Shown piece after piece: positions 21,652 through 31,955 of a DNA stretch of 34,777 nucleotides; position 1 is the stretch's first letter, and the number at the start of each line of letters is the position of its first letter. Source of the stretch: Aduncisulcus paluster (Eukaryota). The position numbers and the translations under genes are program-made. The notes under the pieces were generated by a model that ran no database searches, was not told where the DNA came from, and saw nothing but the letters and a program-made list of their open reading frames with translations. Location: positions 1 through 34,777 of the forward strand of contig BQXS01011151.1 in NCBI GenBank assembly GCA_024181965.1, read 5' to 3'.

Positions 21652-23887
21652 TTATTTTTCTTTTTTTTTTTTTGCTTTGTCTTTTTAAGAGTATTCTTTT
21701 GAGTTTACTATTATTTTTACCATTTAGACCTTGGTTTGATAACTTTATGGGTACATTTTGTATGTTTTATTATATTTTTTCTGGTCATTATTTTTCTTTC
21801 ATGACAGACACATTTACATTTCTATACTCCTTTAGCATTACCAGATTTTACAACAGACGTTGATTTTGGTATAGGGAAAGCTTCAATTACTCTTGAAGAT
21901 TTTCAAGTTACCTCTTATTCTTTTTTTCCAGATGACCAAGTTGTTTTTAATACAATTCCTGCTGAAAACGCCATATTTATACAACTTACTGGTGCAGGCG
22001 CGAGTGTATCTGTTGATTATGATATTAAACTCCTAACATATCCATATTCAAGAATGATGGGATCGGCTAAGTTGACAATAGGTGATGTTGGAGTAATCAC
22101 TTCCATATCTATCACAAAATCCCCCGATTATGATGATACTACTTGTCATCCTGATGCTGTAGCCTGTGGTTACCTCCCTCTAGTGACTCTTCCCAATTTC
22201 AAACTTGTTCTTGATGACGTTGTACTCGAATTTGTTGGGGATACTGATCCAATTCTTGAAATGATTGCTGACATCATTGATTCTTCTTTGATACCTTTTC
22301 TTGCTAGTTCTATTTCCAATGCCATTCAGGAGTATATGAGTGAGAATCCCCATTCTGCCTATTTCGGTCTATATTCGCCCTATTATCTCACAAATGATCA
22401 CAAAGAGATGTTTATGATAGGATATGCTCAATCTCTTATCATTGGTGATGGTTATTTCGTCTTTCCAATGTATGCTATGGGAATTTCTGGTGATACTTCA
22501 CTCGAACAAGACCAATCGATCTTCTCTGGATACAATCCACCAGCTAACCTTCCTTATGCCGCATTTGACAGTGGTATTCAGTTCACCATTGCTTTGGATG
22601 CAATTAGACAGGTATTCTACAACACTGTATACAATGGTAACTCAAACGTCAACAATTGGATTGGAACATTTGATACAATCGCTTGTCTTGTCACTCATGA
22701 TGGTTGTTATGNNNNNNNNNNNNNNNNNNNNTAGTTCTATTTCCAATGCCATTCAGGAGTATATGAGTGAGAATCCCCATTCTGCCTATTTCGGTCTATA
22801 TTCGCCCTATTATCTCACAAATGATCACAAAGAGATGTTTATGATAGGATATGCTCAATCTCTTATCATTGGTGATGGTTATTTCGTCTTTCCAATGTAT
22901 GCTATGGGAATTTCTGGTGATACTTCACTCGAACAAGACCAATCGATCTTCTCTGGATACAATCCACCAGCTAACCTTCCTTATGCCGCATTTGACAGTG
23001 GTATTCAGTTCACCATTGCTTTGGATGCAATTAGACAGGTATTCTACAACACTGTATACAATGGTAACTCAAACGTCAACAATTGGATTGGAACATTTGA
23101 TACAATCGCTTGTCTTGTCACTCATGATGGTTGTTATGATGAGGAACGTGGATGGTATGGAGGAAGAAGCAGTACTTACGTTATTCAACACTGGGGACGG
23201 GATATTGATGATCCCCAGTCTCCTTTGGCTCCTTTATTCACCTCGAGGTACTGGCAGGACCTATTGCCCGAGTTGTATGCTCTTTGTTCTGACTGTTACA
23301 TTGATATTAGTCCAAAATTCAAGACCCCCGCAGGAGAACCCACTGTTCCGTCAATATCCATGCGCAAAGACGGTCTTGATCTTGTTTATTCCGAGTTCTT
23401 GCTCAATATTAGTATGGTCCACGTAAGTAATGGGAGTTCTGTTGTTTCCTTAGGTCTGAGCTTTGACATGGTTAATGATTGCATTATCTGGAGTGACCAT
23501 GCCTATTTTAACTTCTTGCAAACCATCCTGTCCTTCGACAATATGACTATCGTGTCTTGTTCCCTCGCTGATTCTACTTCTGATTCTTGTGGTGTCGATC
23601 TTTCTGTCTGGCAGACTCTTGTGAATGTTTTAGGAAAAGTGTTCCTCGACAATTTCTTCCAGATCACATTCAAGCAAAACAAACACTGTTTCCAGTATAT
23701 AAATCGAATCCCCATTGGCTGGTGGTTGGTTTCCACTTTCAAGGAAGAAGAGGTTTACTATGATCCTGATGGTGAGTACCTGATATTATCCGCGGAGTTA
23801 GATGAGACTGATTGCGAGCCCAAATGCTTCGATGACAGATCTAGAAGAGATGATGGGACAACATACTGTGTTTCAATGGTGGATTAA
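21465..23887 (+). CDS. BPI/LBP (TULIP)-like secreted protein, paralog 2; exons 21465..21646, 21728..21759, 21836..23887
   Basis: Signal peptide. Two GTATGT...TTTAG introns (21647..21727, 21760..21835) give GLQPWFDNFMGTFSLPDFTTDVDFGIGKASITLED, which aligns without gaps to paralog 1 GLKPPTVALINDLQIDDISVDFDAGIGKGEITFEN. Shared motifs KLLT.PYS, DPI, C.xC, SDH.Y.N, IP.G, EE.YY, DDGT. Confidence 0.8.
22305..23138. repeat. Gap-flanking duplication 22305..22711 / 22732..23138 (assembly artefact)
   Basis: 407 bp direct duplication around N20 at 22712-22731. Confidence 0.9.
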
Positions 23888-25495
23888 TTTGAATATTATT
23901 TGAATACATTAATTTGTCCATTCATCTATGATCAAAAGTATAGTATAGTATAGAATTAATTGATGTATTTTGGAATGTTATACGTGATATTAATAGGCTT
24001 AACTATTAATATTTAATCTCCCTTCTTTATTTTTTTTTATTATTTTTTTTTCTTGTACTTACAAAGTACATTTTTGTACTGACCAATTGGTTCCGTCATA
24101 CCATTATATTATAAGATATATACATATATACATATATTATTATTATTTTCATTTTCATTTCTTCTGTTATTCCGTTGATTTTCTTTTATTTTTATCAGTA
24201 TTTGCCAATATTGCAGAATAGTATGGTTATCTTCAATCTCATTTATTTTTCCCTTGATGGTTTACAGTATAGTTCACAGTAAGCCTTGTATGACCTACAT
24301 TTAGAGTCAGAAACATTTGGTTTTCCTTCTTCACTCTTACTATCTATCAGTATATGATCAATATGGCTCTCGGAATGTGGAAATAATTTAACATCCATTT
24401 GTTATGTTGACGTTTCAGCCCTGAATTCATATTTCTTATGATCATTTTCATGCATATTTGTGTTAATTTCGATGTTCATCTTCAAAAGATTGATTTGTTG
24501 ATGTGTTTTTTCCTTGGAATTTACCATTTTTGACAGATATAATTTATTTCTTGATTCATGAACATGGAAATTACATCTAAGCTCTCAACTAACTTTCTAT
24601 TGATCTTGTATTCTTTGTTATATGGTCCGTTTTATCAATTCTTGATGAAGAATAATAGCGTTTTGCTATATGAAATCTATTTAATGAATGTTTATGAATG
24701 AATAAAAAACTCGTAATATCCAATGATCAGGATGTTGTTGTGAAATTGAGATTCTCAGTGGTCTATAAATAGACCTGGGCTTCCCATAATTGAATTATGA
24801 TAATTATACTGTTGTGATGCTACCGGCATTACCGTCACCTACCGGTTATATTTTATTTGAATAAATTTGCTAGCCACCACTATTGTGGTCAATAATACAA
24901 ATTGGCTTAGTAAGCCACTTACGAAAAAACTTTAACTTTCGGCACAAATGTTGTACTTAGCATCAAAGATATAAGATGAAACGATTATCCGACAAAATGT
25001 CCCATTTCAAGTTGGCCATATCTTGAAGTTCAAGAGACATAATATTGTATATTAGTATCATAACCTGTGTGTAAACAAAACATACATTACGAAATGACAC
25101 CGAATGTTTGCCAGAAAACTCTGGCACCCTGATATTGTTAATCAATCTTCTGAAAGATTGGGCTAAAAAATTTACTTGTTGCAGATTCAATCAAATACAA
25201 CAATATAACGAAGAAATCTTGATGATTTTGAGTATTTTTCTCTTCGAACTCACTCATTCTTGTTCATTTGATTAAGATTGTTTTTAAAACCGTTGAAAAA
25301 AGGGTTTTGATAGTAATTTAGAAATGTCATTTCTAAAAATAGATTTTCTAAAAATAGAACACTCTATCAGAATACCAGCAATTAGTAAAGATTTATGAGG
25401 TTTCGCAGTGGTACTTTAAAATTAACGATGTGGTATGTACCATTGTGATTCAGCCACTACAAATGCAATTCCGAATTTAATTTATCAGAAAAATT

Positions 25496-25566
25496 TGCGC
25501 CGACCGGGATTTGAACCCGGGCCTCTTCCGTGGCAGGGAAGTATCATACCCCTAGACTATCGGCGC
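25496..25566 (-). tRNA. tRNA-Gly(GCC), intronless, CCA not encoded
   Basis: Minus strand GCGCCGA TAGTCTAGGGGTATGATA CTTCC CT-GCC-AC GGAAG AGGC CCGGG TTCAAAT CCCGG TCGGCGC A. Perfect acceptor, anticodon and T stems. A TTTTT Pol III terminator follows 3 nt downstream. Confidence 0.96.
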
Positions 25567-25757
25567 CTGATGAATTTTGTTTAATACATATATTAATAAA
25601 TCCAACAATGACAAATCTTTACAATATTTTCTATTTAATAAGTTAAACCCAATTTATATTTACCATTAATTGAAATTAGAGTATCAATTTTATAAATATC
25701 TTTCAATTGCGGATGAAATAGAAATTTCATTTTTTCCTTGCCTAAAAATATATTATA

Positions 25758-26747
25758 ATGGACGAAATCGACTTAAGTTGGTTTATTACACCATTAAGCT
25801 GGTTATCTGTTGAAGTACTTTCAATTGTTCTTTTATTTTATGTGATTTCCGATGCTATAACTCAATTCAAGAAATCTCATGCAATTATGCGCATTGGTGA
25901 GTTTTTTGCATTTATGTTATATGCAGGTCTGTATGAAAACGTCGGTGTGGGTGCGAATATCTATTATTACTCCCTCAACCGTTTCATTATGTTTGGGAGG
26001 GTTCCACTCAGTGTATTAATCATAGAGGCAGCTGTGTTTTATTCTTTGATGCGTTTAGCTGAAAAGACAAAGATGCCCCTTTGGTCCAAACCATTTTTGG
26101 TTGGCCTGGGCGGTTTACTCTCGGATTTAACAATTGATCCCTCCAGCGTATTTGATTTACACCTTGTCAATGGAGTTATGGAAGGCCGTTGGAACTGGAC
26201 TACTCATTACGATAATTTATTTTTTGGAATTCCATTCTTTAATTTCACCGGATGGTTTACAATGATGTTCTATTTTTCAACATTCGTATTGTTGGGAAGA
26301 GAAATTTATGAGAAAAAGCAACAGAAAATGAGTGTGGGCGTTGCTTATATCTTAATTTCTGTTCTTTTATCGCTTGTTGTTCTCGTCTCTCCGATTAATA
26401 CATTTTTGCTCTTTATGCAGCCAATTTTCCCTCAAAATACTAGAATTGCTGAAATTACGATGTTACTTATTATTTCAACGATATCAACACTCATTTCATG
26501 GAAATTCTTCAGTCTATCAACTCCTTTGTCATTTTCCAAAGATAGAATTATCTGGTTAATTCCCATTGTTCTTCACATTTATGATATTCTTGCTGCTTTC
26601 CTTGTCAAAATACGAATCGCATATATTCCTTCTCTTCTGTTTGGAATTCCTCATTCGTTGCTCCTCTGGTGGATGTTTAGAAGAAACCAATCCAACACTA
26701 ACCGCAAATTAAATCCTTCCAGAATCAAAGGAGAAAAGAAAATATAA
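25758..26747 (+). CDS. CruF/DUF422 (carotenoid biosynthesis protein, 1,2-hydratase-like) multi-pass membrane protein
   Basis: About 9 hydrophobic segments. Motifs YENVGV, GRVPLSV, DLTIDP, GRWNW and FFGIPFFNFTGWF correspond to the E..G, GVP, D..lDP and W.W...fGvP..Nf.GW motifs of DUF422. Intronless, ATAATG start. Confidence 0.75.
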   Translation: MDEIDLSWFITPLSWLSVEVLSIVLLFYVISDAITQFKKSHAIMRIGEFFAFMLYAGLYENVGVGANIYYYSLNRFIMFGRVPLSVLIIEAAVFYSLMRLAEKTKMPLWSKPFLVGLGGLLSDLTIDPSSVFDLHLVNGVMEGRWNWTTHYDNLFFGIPFFNFTGWFTMMFYFSTFVLLGREIYEKKQQKMSVGVAYILISVLLSLVVLVSPINTFLLFMQPIFPQNTRIAEITMLLIISTISTLISWKFFSLSTPLSFSKDRIIWLIPIVLHIYDILAAFLVKIRIAYIPSLLFGIPHSLLLWWMFRRNQSNTNRKLNPSRIKGEKKI

Positions 26748-27179
26748 TATTTTCACATATTAATTTCTTTACGGTTGGAATTCAATCATAGATCACTCTC
26801 GCCGAACCTCTTCGGAGAAATAGTAAATGTTTAAATATGTCTCGTGACAAAAAGATCAATATAGAATCGAACTTGAGGAGTTTTATGATATAAAATAGGA
26901 ATATAATGTCATGATTTGAGTCAAAGATAATGGTTTGTGGAGTGTGGGGGACTGTGGTGTTGAAAGTAATTCTAATTCGAATGATTGTTAATGATTCTTT
27001 GGACCAGCCACAAATATGGAGTTCATAATTTCATTGCATATTCTTTGTATCCAATTTAAGTGAAAAAGAGGGAATATTCATAAGTAACTCGAAGCAAAAC
27101 CAAGCCATTTCAAAAGAAGTTCTTTTGACAACATTCCACCGACAATCACGATTTTATTTCAATCAAATCTAGATTTATA

Positions 27180-30100
27180 ATGCATCATGAACATTCGTCT
27201 TCGCCCTGTACAGTATGTCGTTGCTTTTTTTATGGTCGGATTTTGTAAATGGATTTTTATAGTAGTCAATATGAGCTATAAAGGCAAGAGCTTTGCTTAA
27301 TCCACATTCTCCGTCTTTATTTTATATTATTTTTTCCAACGAATTGAACTTACTTATTTGCTATTGTTTGTCAACTTCCAAATATCAGGAAATCTCTGTA
27401 TCCGATCCAACTCTCGCCACTTTAGGCGACAAATTGAAGGATCTGATGATAAAGTCCCGAACAACCCATTCAAAAGTTGAGATTAAGAGACTCTTTGATG
27501 ATATCATCTCATACTTGAAATATTTCTTTAAATCCTTCACGACGCCATCTGAGATTGAGGAAAATCGATCAAATTTCATCTATATCTTTGATTATATATC
27601 ATCATTATTGAAGAGAAGAGACCCCACGACTTCGAATCCACTTTTATTCAAAATGATTATTGAATCGAGGCTCATACAAAATTTACTAAGATCTCTTCTT
27701 ACTCCGATGTTGAAAGTCGAGGTAATTCTGAGAGATAAGAATCCGAGACGAATCAATTCACTCACGAAGGATCTGTTCCTATTTTTGGGAGTTTTCCCCA
27801 TAATGCAATCTCCCCTACACTTCATATATCATAATATTATAGACAACGATAAGTGCCATGACTTCCTTGAAACATCGATCAATATCTTCAAACATGGATC
27901 ATCTATGTCACTTGAAGAGGAATTTGTTGAAAGTATCCTCGCTAGCGTCAAGATGTTTTCCGTTCTGAGCCACACCACATCTATGCATATAAGTTTCGAT
28001 TCGTTTTTGCCCTATGTGATTCCTTGGATGGAAAAATATCAATCACAGCGGTTATGTGGTGATTGGATAAGTATTTTGAGAGGATTCATGTATGACCCTT
28101 TTGGAGAATCTCTCAATAGTGAACGAATGGAAAAATGCTGGCATCTCTTTCCTAAGTTGTTTGAGGTTATCAAGAAAGAAATTAGTCTTGAAATTCCCAT
28201 CATCAATGTTCAGGATGATCATCAATCAAAACGATCTGAGTTCGATTTCCAGGATTATTTCGTCAATTTCCTCGATATTTCTTTTTATTTCTGTTCTTGT
28301 TCCCACACAGCTGAAGTATTTGACATCTTGAAGGATTCTCTCGATGATATTATCAAATTTGTTGTCACACATCGTGTTGATGGACATATGGCTTCTTTCC
28401 TTCAATTAATGTCTTCTTTCTCAGCTATTCCATCCATTGTTCCTCATATATCACCCAAATATGATGAAGATGTGCTATATTGTCACAGAAATAGAAATTA
28501 TCATTTACCTAGTGGAAATTATTATTCACTTGGAACAAAGTCTTGGTATTATTTGAGATATTTCTTGAACTGTCATTCTTCCCCATCCATTCAAAAATTG
28601 GATGAATTGATTGGTACCATTAAAGAATATGATGAAGATGAAGGCTTTGACGATGAAGCCTTCGACCAACTCTTCTTGAAGTATCAAGATAGTCTTCTCG
28701 AGATATTTTCATCTTGTTGCACATCTCATCAATCTATCCGCGATCATCGGATCGAATTAGTATTATGTGTTGGCTGTTTGGTGTTTTTCTTTTCACAGAG
28801 GGATCTTTCTCTCTCTGAAGAAATCATTCAACTTATTTTTGCCAACTTTTATGATTATCTCTCAAGGATTGTACAGGGTTTGGAAGGAGATATTGACTAC
28901 GAATTCGGTATTCTATGTGAACACTTTCTGATTCTTACATTTTGTGTTGAACCTCTCACAATTCTTGTAAAGATCGAACCAGAATTGAGGTATCTTTTCA
29001 AGCAAGGCGCTATGAATAAGTTATGTGGCGATACTCCATCTGTTGTCCTTAATATTTGTAATGAATGGGCTTCTGTACTATATGATACCAACCCCGGCAA
29101 ATTACTCCTTTTAAATATCGTTGGCGCATATTTTAAGGATTGGTTGAGAATCTATCAAGATACTCAAGTTTGTGTTCCCTTTTTTTCAATTCCCAACACT
29201 ATTTCCAGTGAAGTCGATGAAATCATTGGTGAAAAGGATATAGCTATCTATGATGAGATATGGCCAATGTTTGATGCTCTTTTTGAACTCTTCGAGGGAA
29301 AGGAAGCTATGTTCTTTAAGGATGGTTTTTGCGAGGAGAATATTTTGAATGCTCAAGTTTATCAACTTTTTGACTTGATGGCCCATTTATCGAGTATTCA
29401 CTCGAATGCCATAAAAATATATGATTTGATAAAGGATATGCTTCCTATTTGGTCTGAGGATATTAGGTGTTTAGAATTAGGTGTAAATAATCCCAATCTT
29501 GACGCCAGACTTTTGGGTAATCTTGTTTCTGTTTTCTCAAATGTTCCGTCTCTGGTTCCCCATTTATCTCCACGATTTGATGAAATTTTGATATGGTGTA
29601 CGAAAAGGGAGATGAACAATAATGATGTTTTGAACTACATTAGCAACTGTTACCCCAAACTAAGCCATTGGGTTGATAAGGTCAAACATTTACAAAAAGG
29701 TGTAGAATTCGAGGAGGGTCCTGGTTTTCTGTATCGTGACGAGATTTTCTCCCTATTTCTTGCATATCAATCCCGGGAAGAGATTCAAGAACATAAACTT
29801 GAATTTTTGATGTGTATGAAATGTTTGAGGACAAGTATTGATTTTTACCGATCTGAAAAGATATTTTCTTGGATCATTGATCTTGTTGAGAATATGTTCG
29901 ATCATCTAATTAATGTTCAGCAAATTCTCAATATCAATATCATTTCTCAGGGGTTTTGGGAAATATGTTTAACAATTGCTTCAATTGTTTCTTTTTGTAA
30001 TGATGATGATGAGTCTTTTCCAGGTATCAATGATTCCCTTGTTGCCTTGTTTCTTTCAAAAATCTCCCCTATTATTGGATGTTATAATGTGAGTGAAGGA

Positions 30101-31561
30101 ATTGAGGGAAGTGGACGCATGATCTCATTAAGAGAGTTAGAGGTGCTTTTGGATTTGTTAAGAACTGATAATATTACGACTTCTTTGTCTATTCTTGGCA
30201 TCTTGAAGCCTTTCATCAAACCCTTGATTGACAGAATTACCATTGAAAACAACGATAAATCTGGAGATTCCTATTCTAAGTGTTCTGTTTTGATTGATAT
30301 CCTCACAACAATACTGGCACAAAATTCTGATCAAGAAATGAATCCAACACTTCTTGCTGAAATATGGGATATTTTCCTTGCATTTCGAGAGTTTTTTCAA
30401 GATTATTATGGAAAATTGTTATTATTTCGTCGAGTTCCCTTTGGATTCATCAAATTTCTATCAAGATTATGTTGTGATCAAGTTCATACTTGTGAGATAT
30501 TTTCTGTCATAAAGGATAAATTGGATAATTGGGTACATGTTATTGAAGCAAACGAAGAGATATTGATGATAGAGTTGATTGATCTTGTCATTTCTTTGTC
30601 CAAGGTTCCATCCATTGTTCCTCAATTATCACCCAAATATGATGGTCATATTGTATTGCATTGCAAGCAAGAAGGGTGTGTAACTCTTCCTTTATATCTA
30701 CAGAATGTGTACTCCCACATTTCAAGATCCTTTTTATCCCCAATCCTCCATTCTATTCCATCCATCTCTCTCATTCCCACAATTGAAACGACACAATACC
30801 CGAATTCTTCATCGATTTTGCCCACCACTCATTTTTGTGATGGAATTAAGTATGTGTCTTCAATATCTGGAGGATATTTACAACATCAAGAGAGTACTAT
30901 ATGTCTTATCGTTGGAGGAACTGAGCTTGAATATTCTCGGGTGAGATATGGGGAATTATGTGTTGAAACTTGTGTTGCGAATGAACGAAAGGAAGAAGAA
31001 GAAGCTGCTGCCGAGGAGAAGGAAACAAGAGAGAAGGAGGAAGGAGAGAAGGAAACAGAAATCACAAGAAACACTCGCCAAGTCACCCATTCTTCACTCA
31101 TAAAATACACTCCTCCCCAACACATGCTTGTGACCATGTCCTTTACTGAGGAAAGACCTCTTCGACAATCTGTGTATGACTTTATTGAGCGGACTGGTGC
31201 ATGTGTAGAAATCCTATTNNNNNNNNNNNNNNNNNNNNAGAAGGAAACAGAAATCACAAGAAACACTCGCCAAGTCACCCATTCTTCACTCATAAAATAC
31301 ACTCCTCCCCAACACATGCTTGTGACCATGTCCTTTACTGAGGAAAGACCTCTTCGACAATCTGTGTATGACTTTATTGAGCGGACTGGTGCATGTGTAG
31401 AAATCCTATTTGAAGAACAAACATGTTTATTCGAAGCGTATGAGCAGGAAGCTTGGAAGGAAGGCATGGAGGAAGTTGAAGAAGAATGTAAAATGAAAAG
31501 ATCACAAGAAATCTCGGGTTGTGAAGATCTTGTTGATTTCGACCCGTTTGGATCCACGTAA
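27180..31561 (+). CDS. Large alpha-helical protein with three ~360 aa internal modules; probable exon 1 27180..27212, intron 27213..27388, exon 2 27389..31561
   Basis: 4.2 kb open frame. ATAATG CAT CAT...TGT ACA|GTATGT...ATCAG|GAA splices in phase 0 (MHHEHSSSPCT|EISVSD). Repeated motif S.vPSiVPhlSPkyD occurs three times. Confidence 0.8.
31047..31410. repeat. Gap-flanking duplication 31047..31218 / 31239..31410 (assembly artefact)
   Basis: 172 bp direct duplication around N20 at 31219-31238. Confidence 0.9.
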
Positions 31562-31955
31562 AAGTTATCAATTTAACCGATCCCAACCTTCGTTTTTTAC
31601 AAGTCTCTGAATCACTGGTTGTAATATATCCGTGAATCCAAATCCAGAGCATGATTTGAGTTTATCGATGATTGTTTTCTCTGAATAGCAAACACAATTT
31701 GTTCCTATTTTCTCTCATAAATCAAAGTTTTATTTTTAAACCCATTTATCTATCAAGAACTAGCATTTTTAGCAAGAGAAAAAATAAAGGTATCTATTTT
31801 TAGAAAATCTATTTATAGAATTGGCTCTTCTAAAATGTCATTAAAACTCCATTTTCAACGCTGTTAAAGTGAAAACTTGGCGAACAAACAGAAATAATTC
31901 TGATATTACAGGAATCTCATTGAATAATAGAGTTTTCATTCCAGAAATCAAGTAT

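Noticed and set aside
24747-25160. CRISPR array or attC cassette array interpretation of the palindrome cluster
   Set aside because: The palindromes share no common sequence or regular spacing, no cas or integrase gene is present, and the context is eukaryotic.
25104-25166. MFARKLWHPD, a J-domain-like HPD peptide
   Set aside because: Only 20 codons, bounded by stops, with the wrong spacing for a J-domain helix II.
26928-26960. TTTGTGGAGTGTGGGGGACTG, resembling the U1 Sm site/stem IV
   Set aside because: No complementary CCCC arm and no upstream U1 elements.
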